From: an uncultured virus (IMG/VR IMGVR_UViG_3300014050_000020)
Lineage: Duplodnaviria; Heunggongvirae; Uroviricota; Caudoviricetes
Direction: 5' to 3' (one strand)
IMG/VR virus record: IMGVR_UViG_3300014050_000020
DNA length: 64,000 bases
The translations under genes and the position numbers were made by a program. This document shows positions 10,157 through 19,866 of the stretch, in pieces. Position 1 is the first letter of the stretch, and each line of letters starts with the position of its first letter. The notes under the pieces were generated by a model, which was not told where the DNA came from, searched no databases, and was given only the letters and a program-made list of their open reading frames with translations.

Positions 10157-12340
10157 TTAGGGCATCTTTTTAAGAACACAAATTCTAAGCCCTGAATTGT
10201 AGACATTATTTGCAGGCAATGCCTTGTATAGTCTTGGCCCAGACTCCTGATATGCTGTTATAGAAATTTCATTGCTGGCCATACAAACATCGGCCGATGT
10301 TTGACCTATCATATCTAATTCTTCAGAGTATCTAAATCTTGGTGTAGTAAGATTGTGCAGGAAAGATACCAGATATTTACTGTCTTCTGTAAGAGCTATC
10401 TGATTGGTAGTATTTAACAAAGCAAAACTATCTTTATAATGTGCATCAGCAGGAGTTCTGTATGCATAACCAGTCTTATCTTGAGCTATAATTGGTGTAG
10501 CGCCAGTTTCGTTGACGAATAATCTGTAGGTATTACCATCCACACCCTGATAAGGATGTAGCACATCGGCTTCTCGTACAATAAATTTATAATACTTATA
10601 TCCAACTGAATTAACACAAAACACTGGTGCAGTGCCTGTGGTTAAAATTTTTCCGGTAATTTTATTAACAGGTCTCTGAATCAGAAACCAATTGAAGTAG
10701 CTGTCTCTTGCTGCCAATGAATTTTGTTGTAGAGTACTCCAACTGCCTTCCCATACCCCCAAAAATATACCTCTATTGGTAATTGTTAATGCATAATTCA
10801 AGGGAAAAGCCTGAGGCTGAGTTTTAACACGAGCACTTCTATTAATAAATCCTTCATATGCCTTAGTAGGGTCCGGGAGTCCTGTTTTAGTAGGAGCTGC
10901 CCCCAATGCACCTGCACGATCAATTATAACTCCCAGGCTGTCTGTGACAAAAGCAATATTACCATTATCTTCCAATTGTATGGGTGTAGCAGCATAGATG
11001 TTTACTGTTTGTGTGTTGGGTACATTAGCTGATATTCTCCAAGGTTGTAATTCAGAAAATTTTAAACTAACAGGCTCGTTGGCGATACCAAAACTAATAT
11101 TAGAGCTCAAAGTCACCACAGCCGATTGATAATTTATGCTCATATTAGCACTTATAACAGTAACAATTTGGTTGGCAGTCAAACTGCCGGATAACAATCG
11201 ACTGGTAATTTGCTGTCCAGGATAAATCACAGGCTTCCAAGAGTTACCTGAATTTATGTTATTAATCACCACAATATTATTATTGGTGGTGGTCTGCGCC
11301 ACATTTCCAAAAACTCCAACTGCGTCGTTTAGGGGATCAACACCGCCTCCAGCTTCCAAAGTCACAGTAAAAGATTCAGCCGGTTTTGTATTAGAAAAAA
11401 ACTGTAGTCCTCTGCCTCTGACTTTTATTTGAGTTCCTGCAGGAATAGTGACATTTGCACTTACTAAAAAAGCAGTGAATGGCAGTCTGGTTTCAGAGTA
11501 TGTTTCGGGGTCCCGGCCAGCGGCCGCAGTATAAACAATGCCATTAACAATATAATTACTAATACTATTAGTTATATATGTGCCAGCTGGTATACTGGCA
11601 GAAGGATCGTCGGAAAAAATTTCCGACCCAACTACTACATTAGTTATATCCTTGTTAAAAGACCAAAGTGTGTTAGTGTTTGTGGGCCATGTGTTGGCAG
11701 GCGTAGCGGCACCCGTGGAATCTACGCCACTGCCGTTAACCCCAAATTGAGCGTCCCAGAGTGTTGGAGTTTTATAGGAAGGCGATGCGCCCCCACCTTT
11801 AATGAGAGGCACGCTTCTGAATCCAGTTGGGTAAACCACTGCCGAACTGCTAACAGACCCTTGCCTAGCTACAAAGTTTCCACTGAAAAAACTAGTGTCT
11901 TGAGAATTCGTATTAACATCAAAATACACAGCATTTGCTGGCTGAGCTGGAGCCGGAACACCATACTCTGGGGGGTCAAAAACATCAAAATCCGTAACTC
12001 GACCCTTAAGTAAACTAGTGTTATCAATTTTAGTAATTTTAGCTACCAAAGGTATTATAATATTACTGGCCACTATAGAGACATTTTCACCCAATCTATA
12101 ACCCGATCCAGCTTTGGCAATGGTATATGTTTGCACGTAAGGCGGCCAGGTGCCTTGAACGATCCTAGGAGGAGTGATAAAATCATTGTTGATTGCCACA
12201 GACACTGGATTAAATCCATTGTTAATCATGTCGGTGAAAGAAGCAAAAATCATGTCACTGACAGTGATATACCCTGCTCTTTCAACATGATAGAAATTAG
12301 TGTCATCATTATTATAAAGAGAAATTGTGCGAATTGCCAT
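10157..12340 (-). CDS. Virion structural protein (tail-associated), paralogue of 9037-10140
   Basis: GGAG RBS and upstream TAAATA; shared C-terminal motifs (PRFRYSEELDMIG). Confidence 0.7.
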   Translation of the reverse strand: MAIRTISLYNNDDTNFYHVERAGYITVSDMIFASFTDMINNGFNPVSVAINNDFITPPRIVQGTWPPYVQTYTIAKAGSGYRLGENVSIVASNIIIPLVAKITKIDNTSLLKGRVTDFDVFDPPEYGVPAPAQPANAVYFDVNTNSQDTSFFSGNFVARQGSVSSSAVVYPTGFRSVPLIKGGGASPSYKTPTLWDAQFGVNGSGVDSTGAATPANTWPTNTNTLWSFNKDITNVVVGSEIFSDDPSASIPAGTYITNSISNYIVNGIVYTAAAGRDPETYSETRLPFTAFLVSANVTIPAGTQIKVRGRGLQFFSNTKPAESFTVTLEAGGGVDPLNDAVGVFGNVAQTTTNNNIVVINNINSGNSWKPVIYPGQQITSRLLSGSLTANQIVTVISANMSINYQSAVVTLSSNISFGIANEPVSLKFSELQPWRISANVPNTQTVNIYAATPIQLEDNGNIAFVTDSLGVIIDRAGALGAAPTKTGLPDPTKAYEGFINRSARVKTQPQAFPLNYALTITNRGIFLGVWEGSWSTLQQNSLAARDSYFNWFLIQRPVNKITGKILTTGTAPVFCVNSVGYKYYKFIVREADVLHPYQGVDGNTYRLFVNETGATPIIAQDKTGYAYRTPADAHYKDSFALLNTTNQIALTEDSKYLVSFLHNLTTPRFRYSEELDMIGQTSADVCMASNEISITAYQESGPRLYKALPANNVYNSGLRICVLKKMP

Positions 12341-12406
12341 TGTTTGTCTACTCCGTGACTAGATAGCTATAATAAAGTTATTTATCAAACTTGTTATGAT
12401 CATAAT

Positions 12407-13954
12407 TTAGCCATAAATATAGCTAATAGTAAGAGAAATTGTAATCGCTACTGCACTGGTGCTGCGATTTGTTACTCTAGTGGGAATGGTTGTAGTAGGA
12501 GGATTTTCATCACTGAATCCCAAAACCGCAGGAGTCAATTTAATTGATTGTGACGCTGCGTTAGTAATAACTTCGGTGAGTAGTCCTACGCCCAAAGCAG
12601 GACTGGTATTAATTATTCTACTGCTGTCTGCTGCCCTGGCAGACGCACTGGTATAAATTTGTACCCATGCCGGACTGCTGACCTGTATTTTATACAGCCC
12701 ATAGCCCTGATAACCAACTAAATTTAGATTCATTGAATCGCCAGGAAGCAAGGTAGGAGTTGTAGAAGTAACTACTATCGGTGCCTGTGATACATTTACA
12801 ATAACATTACCTCCCACAGTGACATTGCCGCCTCCGCCACCGGTCACAAGATATACTGGACCAGTGCTGGTTCCGCTGTCGGTAACAGCAGGAAAATAAA
12901 AAAATTCTAAAACCACTGGAGTTGCCGCCAGATATTGATCTACACTGGTCATTGTGGCGTATACATTGGGTTCCGCTGGATCCTCTAAATTGGCAAAAAT
13001 GTTATATTGTCGACTTTGAAAACTACTACCATCATTTAAAATAACTGTGCCGTCATCGGTCAAATGATCAGGTGTTGCTATAAATGTATAGGGATTTGGT
13101 TCGGTTCTAGCCGGAGTCCCAAATACCTCCAACTTGACTGGTCTACTCACAGTAACCGCATATACTATAGAACTTACGCCGATAGACAAAGTAAAATTTA
13201 CATTTCCATAGCCTAATAGGTTTACTGTAGTAGTATATTTTCTTCTTCTGATCGTAGTTACCGGAGGAGCCGTAGCCCAAAATGTTTTTTTACTAGGTAA
13301 ACCTTCAGAAATTATCATCTGTCCAAAACCAGGTGCAGTTTCTGGCAGACTGTATAATTCTACATTATTATTGCCCACAGTTATTAGATTACCAACAAAT
13401 AATTTATCGGTAATGTTACTAGATCCGGATATAGTCACAAGTGCATTCGCTTCATTGACTTGAACAATATTACTCCAGATTAAATCTAAATTGGCAGTTG
13501 AAACTATTATTCTTCCCACCGGCGGCGGAGCATAATCGGGTAATCTATAGATGGCAGTATTTCTGCTACCAACGGTGACTCCGTTACCTGCAAAAACATT
13601 GCCAAAGACATCAAGGGATCCAGATATAGTCACAAGTGCATTTGCTTCATTGACTCGAACAATACTACTCCAGATCGAATCTAGATTGGCAGTTGAAACT
13701 ATTATTCTTCCATCTGAAGGAGGAGCATAATTAGGTAATCTATAAATAGCAGTGTTTCTGCTACCAACGGTGACTCCGTTACCTGCAAAAACATTGCCAT
13801 AGACATCAAGTGTTGACACCGGAACATCGATGTTTATGCCTATTTTTCGATTGGTTACATCAAAATAAGTTAAATTACCGTCAATTGAAAGATCGTACCC
13901 CTGGCGTTCCAGGTTTCTGGTTAGCATCGGACCCGATATTCTGCCAATGGTCAT
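12407..13954 (-). CDS. Tail fibre-like protein with an internal 65-aa duplication
   Basis: N-terminal IGRISGPML...YFDVTNRKIGIN...TLDVYG fibre-shaft-like pattern; internal tandem repeat. Confidence 0.65.
   Translation of the reverse strand: MTIGRISGPMLTRNLERQGYDLSIDGNLTYFDVTNRKIGINIDVPVSTLDVYGNVFAGNGVTVGSRNTAIYRLPNYAPPSDGRIIVSTANLDSIWSSIVRVNEANALVTISGSLDVFGNVFAGNGVTVGSRNTAIYRLPDYAPPPVGRIIVSTANLDLIWSNIVQVNEANALVTISGSSNITDKLFVGNLITVGNNNVELYSLPETAPGFGQMIISEGLPSKKTFWATAPPVTTIRRRKYTTTVNLLGYGNVNFTLSIGVSSIVYAVTVSRPVKLEVFGTPARTEPNPYTFIATPDHLTDDGTVILNDGSSFQSRQYNIFANLEDPAEPNVYATMTSVDQYLAATPVVLEFFYFPAVTDSGTSTGPVYLVTGGGGGNVTVGGNVIVNVSQAPIVVTSTTPTLLPGDSMNLNLVGYQGYGLYKIQVSSPAWVQIYTSASARAADSSRIINTSPALGVGLLTEVITNAASQSIKLTPAVLGFSDENPPTTTIPTRVTNRSTSAVAITISLTISYIYG
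13422..13810. repeat. Two tandem near-identical copies with a 195-nt period
   Basis: 13422-13615 and 13617-13810 align closely (LDVxGNVFAGNGVTVGSRNTAIYRLPxYAPP...VNEANALVTISGS twice). Confidence 0.95.
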
Positions 13955-14006
13955 GATTTAGTCTCTTGTTAGTATAAATTCTAGTGTATAAATGATAGCT
14001 GCTGAT

Positions 14007-14903
14007 TCACTTTTTGGCTACATCCACTGAAGTATCTAAAACCTGTGCCGTGTACATACCTACTCGATTTGTACGAGCACTGTCTACATACAAAGAAACA
14101 TCGTAATTTTCATAAGATTCATTGATTCCGTCGCTTGCCACCTTTAAGAAATATGATTGTACCTCAACAAAATCAGGATAATTTATATTGGCCTGTAAAG
14201 ATCCAGAATTAATTGTATAGCTGACCACATTGCCATTCATGCTGGTAAAATTTCCAAAATCTGCTAGTGTGATACTACCAACATTGGCAGTAATTTCGAG
14301 ATATAGATTTTGTGGAAAAGATAAATTGGCCTGCTTCCCGGCAGATGTAATTGCAATTTCAAAGCTGAGATAACTGCCTTCCCTAGTAGGAAAAGGAGCA
14401 GTATTTGTCAGCGACCAGAAATTGACATTGGCACTGGGCTGTGGTGAAGAATCCGGATACGAATACCAATTTGGGATCTGCTCAACAGGATCTCCAATGA
14501 TGACTCCATGCAATATAATTATCGAATGTCCATTTGGTGGTGGACTGGTAAATTGTATTTCGTAGCCGTCAACAACATAGGCAATACCGGGATTTTGAAA
14601 CACATTATATATAAAAACCATGATGAATATTTCGTTCCCGGCTGGGTATGGATATAGCATGGGACCAAAAACATTTGTTTGTCCATCGCCGTAAAAGGTA
14701 TCTTTAATTGGGTATTCAATTTCCCCGCCGGCGGCCAGTGGTCGCCATTTGTTTTTTGAGTAAAGTTCCGGTCGTCTACGATCCTTATTATATCTGACCA
14801 GGCCATCAATTGGATTATCTGGTCCTATAGAGTTACTGCCCATTGGTAATCTTATACTGTAACTACCGGAACGTAACTCTTTATTTTTTAAATATCGACC
14901 CAC
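14007..14903 (-). CDS. Virion structural protein
   Basis: GTG start; GLVRYN, MVFIYNVFQNPG..Y...F...PP beta-sandwich motif typical of large-phage virion proteins; Calx-like C-terminus. Confidence 0.6.
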   Translation of the reverse strand: MGRYLKNKELRSGSYSIRLPMGSNSIGPDNPIDGLVRYNKDRRRPELYSKNKWRPLAAGGEIEYPIKDTFYGDGQTNVFGPMLYPYPAGNEIFIMVFIYNVFQNPGIAYVVDGYEIQFTSPPPNGHSIIILHGVIIGDPVEQIPNWYSYPDSSPQPSANVNFWSLTNTAPFPTREGSYLSFEIAITSAGKQANLSFPQNLYLEITANVGSITLADFGNFTSMNGNVVSYTINSGSLQANINYPDFVEVQSYFLKVASDGINESYENYDVSLYVDSARTNRVGMYTAQVLDTSVDVAKK

Positions 14904-14905
14904 TG

Positions 14906-15226
14906 TCAGATTCCGATACTAGATACTGTGACCACTACCCTCGTATTAGAACTCATGTTTTCTACTATGTTGGCATACAATTGATCGTTGTTTTCAAACA
15001 TTAATTTTTCTGAATCTATTACATAAGTATCATAACTGGTTAAGGGTACTCTATAGTATATGGCTGTGTTACTTGAAGCTGTTAGTCCCACTGGCACTGC
15101 AAATATATTAAAATGAACAGCAGCATTGCCTGTATTACAGACATACATAGCAGTTACCACAGATGGTCCATTGCTAGTAAAAATATCAGCTGCTATGTTA
15201 CTAAGTAGTGTACTTTTTATTGCCAT
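14906..15226 (-). CDS. Small virion protein
   Basis: 106 aa with AGGA RBS; MYVCNT...VP...KLMFENND resembles 1079-1435. Confidence 0.65.
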   Translation of the reverse strand: MAIKSTLLSNIAADIFTSNGPSVVTAMYVCNTGNAAVHFNIFAVPVGLTASSNTAIYYRVPLTSYDTYVIDSEKLMFENNDQLYANIVENMSSNTRVVVTVSSIGI

Positions 15227-15234
15227 GGGTTATC

Positions 15235-15888
15235 CTATAATAGTAACGAGTAAATTAATGCTTTTCTTTTGGTAATGAGTTCATCGGATTTTTGATTTGA
15301 ATTGGTTATATATAGTCCACTTTCCCCAGTTCCAGGAGATCTTGCATATAACACAGTATTATTTGGCACATATGGTATTGTACTAGATACATGATTATGA
15401 CTAATCTGCAATGCAGTATTTCCTTGAACACCATCCCATCCCGGAGTCAATAATATGTTATTAGGATAAATTGATCGTATTTCCCAATTGGTATTTGAGT
15501 GTACCATTCCGGTGGTATAAAGGTGGCCGCCCAGATGAGGATCTCCATCATCTTCAACGCGAATCATGATGTTTGCCCAATAAGTACCATCAGAAGTGAC
15601 TTGCCAACGATCTATTATTTCGGTCCATCTCAGCCCAACAGTGGGCTCCGATCCTCGTTTGACGTAGATTCCTGAATTTAATACTGGTGTACCTTGTGCA
15701 TTGGCACTAAGAATAATGATATTATCATCAATTAGTGTATCAACGCTTTTGACATTAGAAAAACTACCAAATATCCACAAATTTCCATAGAGAAAAATTT
15801 CTCCCTTACCACCGTCGCTGGTAATGGTTACATTACCAGAATAGGTATCAAGATAATAACTGCCGCTGATTCTGTCAGAAGTTGCCAT
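15235..15888 (-). CDS. Virion/fibre-associated protein
   Basis: IDDNIIIL...SGIYVKRG...LRWTE and DPHLGGHL motifs of phage fibre proteins; upstream TAAATA at 15906-15911. Confidence 0.6.
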   Translation of the reverse strand: MATSDRISGSYYLDTYSGNVTITSDGGKGEIFLYGNLWIFGSFSNVKSVDTLIDDNIIILSANAQGTPVLNSGIYVKRGSEPTVGLRWTEIIDRWQVTSDGTYWANIMIRVEDDGDPHLGGHLYTTGMVHSNTNWEIRSIYPNNILLTPGWDGVQGNTALQISHNHVSSTIPYVPNNTVLYARSPGTGESGLYITNSNQKSDELITKRKALIYSLLL

Positions 15889-15927
15889 TGGTTTTGCGTT
15901 TTAAATATTTATCCTTAAAACACGGGT

Positions 15928-15955
15928 AAAAAAATAGCACCTTCACAGAAGGTGC
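15928..15955 (-). terminator. Rho-independent terminator after the 15978 gene
   Basis: Minus strand GCACCTTC-TGT-GAAGGTGC followed by TATTTTTTT. Confidence 0.75.
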
Positions 15956-15977
15956 CATTGATCCACTTTTGACTGAA

Positions 15978-16397
15978 TTAAGCGACGTTACCTGTGATAT
16001 CGATATTACCGGCAAATACACTATTTGTTCCAGCTTCTTCAATTTGAACGAAAGTATCACTGGTTGATGTGCTAAAGTTCCAGGGACCTGTGTAAAGAAC
16101 AGCGCCTGATGAGTCAACCGCTGTAAGTTTTCTAGCAGAAATTTTGATTACATAACCTAATGTACCATCATCTGCTTTTGCCTTAATTGACATTTCACCA
16201 GATGCCAGTGAGCCATCGGCTTTGTTAACTAATTTGCAAACAGCGGTGTTACCCGAAGCATCAATACATTTGAATTCTTTAGAACCCCGTTGACTGACTA
16301 TAGCACCATCTACACTGGCCGAGCCATTGTGAAAACGAACTCGAATGTTGTTATTGGCGTTGGCTCCAAAAAATCTTTTATTAATCGGACGTCCCAT
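15978..16397 (-). CDS. Virion protein downstream of the capsid gene (start revised to MGRPINKRFFG)
   Basis: AAGGAG RBS before the ATG at 16397. The upstream extension in the ORF track spans the TAAATA promoter at 16465-16470. Confidence 0.75.
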   Translation of the reverse strand: MGRPINKRFFGANANNNIRVRFHNGSASVDGAIVSQRGSKEFKCIDASGNTAVCKLVNKADGSLASGEMSIKAKADDGTLGYVIKISARKLTAVDSSGAVLYTGPWNFSTSTSDTFVQIEEAGTNSVFAGNIDITGNVA

Positions 16398-16562
16398 TTG
16401 TTTTCTCCTTGTTTGGCGTTCCAGGCCTACCGGGTTGGGTTCCCCATAAGTTTCGTGAACATAGTATTTACCATTTTTATTGACTTTGTGCAAGGAATTG
16501 GTTGGAATTAGCTGATCAAAAAAATTTAAGCTAAATAATTGATAACCCAATAAGGTATTATC

Positions 16563-16823
16563 ATGAGATCAATCATTTTTGTATCGATAATGTCGTTTGC
16601 TCTTTTTGGGTGTGTTACTACCAAAGAGCAAATGTATTACGACACTGTAAAGAGTATCAGCAAAGACACCACTATGAGTCAAACTGCCTGCTGGGCTGCG
16701 ATTAGTGATATCGCCAAAGGCGGAGATAATTCTACTAAAGTTGGTGCGATTGCTCTGGCAGAAAAATGCAAGAACGAAAATGTTAAGGTCGAAGCACCAA
16801 AACGAAATTGGTTGGGTCTTTAA
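16563..16823 (+). CDS. Small lipoprotein
   Basis: MRSIIFVSIMSFALFG-C: hydrophobic signal with lipobox; AAGG RBS; TAAATA at 16532-16537. Confidence 0.75.
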   Translation: MRSIIFVSIMSFALFGCVTTKEQMYYDTVKSISKDTTMSQTACWAAISDIAKGGDNSTKVGAIALAEKCKNENVKVEAPKRNWLGL

Positions 16824-16838
16824 TTTTTAACCGATTCA

Positions 16839-16868
16839 ACAAAAAACCGCCCTAAGGCGGTTTTTTGT
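16839..16868. terminator. Bidirectional intrinsic terminator between the lipoprotein and major capsid genes
   Basis: ACAAAAAA-CCGCC-CTAA-GGCGG-TTTTTTGT between convergent genes. Confidence 0.9.
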
Positions 16869-16896
16869 ACTTCCCATCCCGAAAAGAAGTTTTTGA

Positions 16897-18084
16897 TTAT
16901 TGGAATGATAGATTGCTCATTGTGATTTCTTCTAGATAATCAGCTGCGTTACCCAGTGAGCTGGCTGTGTTAGTCAACTCAACATAACCGTAACGTGTCA
17001 TAAAGCCAACCACTGGCTCAAATGTCGCTGGATCTAGAACAACACCACTGCTCATTAAAGGAATATATGGGCAATAGAAGGCAGCAGCATCAGCTTCGCT
17101 TGTACCTTTATAACCAACTAAAACAGGAGTTGTGTCGCTGGCATAGCTGTCAACATAAACCTTCATGGCACCATTTAGTGTACCAACAAACTTGGTGTTG
17201 GTTGGAGCTTCAAAAGTACCTTCTGTTGTGCGAGCAAATGCACTTGTGGTAGCACTCTGTAGCACTGTTAGAGCTGCCGGGCTAACAACTGCCCAATTAG
17301 CAGCGCCGCGGCGTGTGCGCTGAGCGATCAAGTTGGCAGCACGGTTGATCTTAACTGCTAGAGCAGCATGTTCGTCACCAACAAAAGTAGCTGTACCAGA
17401 AACCAAACTTTGGTCATAACCACTTAGTGTGGCAGGAGCCAGACTGCGTAGACTACCTAGAATTTCTTGATCAATTTCAACTGTGATTTCCTGTGCCAGA
17501 GCAGCCATGATTTCTGCTTCCACGTCAAGACCATGCATGGCTTGTGCATCCTGAGCAGCTTCGAATGTCCAACGTGCACTTAGTTTACGAGTTTTAGCTT
17601 CAACAACTTGCTTCAAAATTTGAACATTGATCTTACGTCCCGGTACACCTTCTAGTGCTGCTGTGCTATCAGCTTTACCGGTTGCCAAGCTACCAGAGTA
17701 GGCTGTGGCAATCTTGAATGGGCTAAGAGCTTCATCACCAGCTGTGGTGTTTGTGTTAAACGGAGAAGCAGCAGTTGCGGTTGCTGTCTCAGCATAACGA
17801 ACACGTAACGTATGAATTTGAGCGACTGGACCAGTCATAGGTTGTACACCAACAATTTCATTAGCGATAACTGTTGGCATAACACGACGGATCACTGGTA
17901 GAATCACACGATTGAGAGTGCTAATATTTCCGGCCTGGGTAGAACCAGTGCTGGCTGCTTCAACTAAGTTTTTACGAGTATTTTCAAGAATAATACTCAT
18001 TGTGGTACGGCGTGAGCCTTGTAAGCCTTCTAACAGGGCATCTTTAGTTTCGCCCCAACGGCTTTCTAATAGTTCTTGTGTCAT
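16897..18084 (-). CDS. gp23: Major capsid protein (T4 gp23-like)
   Basis: GVQPMTGP, VEAKTRKLSARWTFEAAQD..A.HGLDVEAE, FYCPYIPL and FMTRYG motifs. Confidence 0.97.
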   Translation of the reverse strand: MTQELLESRWGETKDALLEGLQGSRRTTMSIILENTRKNLVEAASTGSTQAGNISTLNRVILPVIRRVMPTVIANEIVGVQPMTGPVAQIHTLRVRYAETATATAASPFNTNTTAGDEALSPFKIATAYSGSLATGKADSTAALEGVPGRKINVQILKQVVEAKTRKLSARWTFEAAQDAQAMHGLDVEAEIMAALAQEITVEIDQEILGSLRSLAPATLSGYDQSLVSGTATFVGDEHAALAVKINRAANLIAQRTRRGAANWAVVSPAALTVLQSATTSAFARTTEGTFEAPTNTKFVGTLNGAMKVYVDSYASDTTPVLVGYKGTSEADAAAFYCPYIPLMSSGVVLDPATFEPVVGFMTRYGYVELTNTASSLGNAADYLEEITMSNLSFQ

Positions 18085-18108
18085 TTATCTTTCCTTTAGG
18101 TTAAACTA

Positions 18109-19209
18109 TTATTTCAACCCTGCTAGTTTTTTAAGCTCAACAACATTGGTTTCTTTACCAATGTCTTGAGCTTGTTTAATAGCAGTTTTATCTCCGGTCA
18201 CTTCAACGCGGCTTTCATTGAGAACAGCAGGAGCTTTTTCTTTAGAAGTTGCAGTAAGTACAGCCGGGAGATACTTTTCGAATGCAGATTTCAATTTTTC
18301 TGTCTGCACACTTTCTAGAAGTTCACGCATGACCGCTTGCTTCTCTTTAACTAGAGTGCCAAGTAATTCGTCAACTACAACCCGACGATTTTGACTCTCC
18401 TTGATCACGCGGATCTCGCGTTCTTTGGACTCAACAATTTTCTGTGCATCCAATTTGGCCGATGTTGCTTCGGCCAGTTGCTCAGTTTGTTGTTCGATAA
18501 CTTTTCTTAGCTTTTGTATTTCTCGATTTTCGTTAAGATGAGTTAACGAAAATTCGCCTGCAAAAGCTTCAAAGATACGACGTCCAAACATGTTCTCACG
18601 AGCACTTTGGATGTCTTCTTTTAATTGGTTCAATTCAGCACCTAATTTTTGGCTAACCGATTCTTTTACAAGTTTCGCGCTGTTTTTAATAAAACGTTTT
18701 TGTAGTTCAGCCAACTTGGTTTTGGCCTCTGCTATTAAACGTACTTTAGTTTCAACAACTGCTTGCTTATCTTGACTAAATTCGCGTATTTCTTCGGCTA
18801 ATGCACGGATAATAAATTTCTCTAATCGTGCATAGTTTTCTTTTTGAATCTTACGATCGATATGTAACTCTTTGACTTCGTCAACTAGTTTATTAACCAT
18901 AAAATTGTCAAAACGACTAGCTGTTTCCATCATATGATTTTTAATACGCACACGATCTTCGAGCATGGCCTGCTTCTCACCTACAAATTCTTCAATTTCT
19001 TTGGTAAGACTGTCGGTAACCATCTTGTCTAGGGCTTCTACCATTACCTGCTTGTCGTGCTCGTAGCGGCCAGCCATTTCTTCACGAATTTCAGAACGTA
19101 TCTGTTCACGTGCTTCGTTTAACTTGGTTTCCCAGGCTTCATTAATAGCTGCGCGAGTATCCTCGTTTATAATACCGCTGTCTAGCAATGGTTTTAAAGC
19201 GTCAAACAT
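18109..19209 (-). CDS. gp22: Prohead core scaffolding protein (gp22-like)
   Basis: Coiled-coil, Glu/Lys-rich; lies between protease and capsid genes. Confidence 0.85.
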   Translation of the reverse strand: MFDALKPLLDSGIINEDTRAAINEAWETKLNEAREQIRSEIREEMAGRYEHDKQVMVEALDKMVTDSLTKEIEEFVGEKQAMLEDRVRIKNHMMETASRFDNFMVNKLVDEVKELHIDRKIQKENYARLEKFIIRALAEEIREFSQDKQAVVETKVRLIAEAKTKLAELQKRFIKNSAKLVKESVSQKLGAELNQLKEDIQSARENMFGRRIFEAFAGEFSLTHLNENREIQKLRKVIEQQTEQLAEATSAKLDAQKIVESKEREIRVIKESQNRRVVVDELLGTLVKEKQAVMRELLESVQTEKLKSAFEKYLPAVLTATSKEKAPAVLNESRVEVTGDKTAIKQAQDIGKETNVVELKKLAGLK

Positions 19210-19221
19210 TGCGGTTTCTCC

Positions 19222-19857
19222 TTAGATTTTAAGGTCTTTGATAAGACGAACCACTTCGTCTTTCAAATACTTTTGCACTTTTTGATTTTGACTAACTTCG
19301 CTGGATATGTCCAGCGCTCTATGACCATATTTCATGTTCATAAGTCCTTCGTAGATAGCCTTAGGGTAGGCGTGCGGTGCGCTAGGCTGAGCCACAACGT
19401 CTACAGTAACGATTTCAAATTCACTGACGTGCCCAGTGGATTCGCTGACATTGCCACTTCCGCGGCTCGAAACACCCAACTTAACCCCACTTTCCAACAT
19501 GGTCTTAACCAGTTGTCCCATGGGGGTTGGCAAAATTTTTAATTTTCCGTGACCAGCTGGGCCATCCATCCACATCTGTTCAATCATATGGCTGACACGA
19601 TCTAAATTAATTTTTAAATCGTCAGGATGATCCACTTCACCTAAAACACTATATCCACCTTTGATTTGCTCATTGATATGTTCTACTGCTCTGGTAATTT
19701 CGTTAACAGGATAGATACGCTGATTGGCATTTTTTACCCCGCCTTCAATGAATATACCCTTCATGTAGAGGTCTTTGCCTGTGCCGTCGGCACGGCTCAC
19801 AGACTCAACCTGCATTTTAGCATGATCAAAGGTTAGATGTTCTTTTAGGTAAGTCAT
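19222..19857 (-). CDS. gp21: Prohead protease (gp21-like)
   Basis: GIF...NANQRIYP, LGEVDHP, VSH, GVSSRGSG and DVVAQPSAP motifs. Confidence 0.95.
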   Translation of the reverse strand: MTYLKEHLTFDHAKMQVESVSRADGTGKDLYMKGIFIEGGVKNANQRIYPVNEITRAVEHINEQIKGGYSVLGEVDHPDDLKINLDRVSHMIEQMWMDGPAGHGKLKILPTPMGQLVKTMLESGVKLGVSSRGSGNVSESTGHVSEFEIVTVDVVAQPSAPHAYPKAIYEGLMNMKYGHRALDISSEVSQNQKVQKYLKDEVVRLIKDLKI

Positions 19858-19866
19858 TATAATTGT

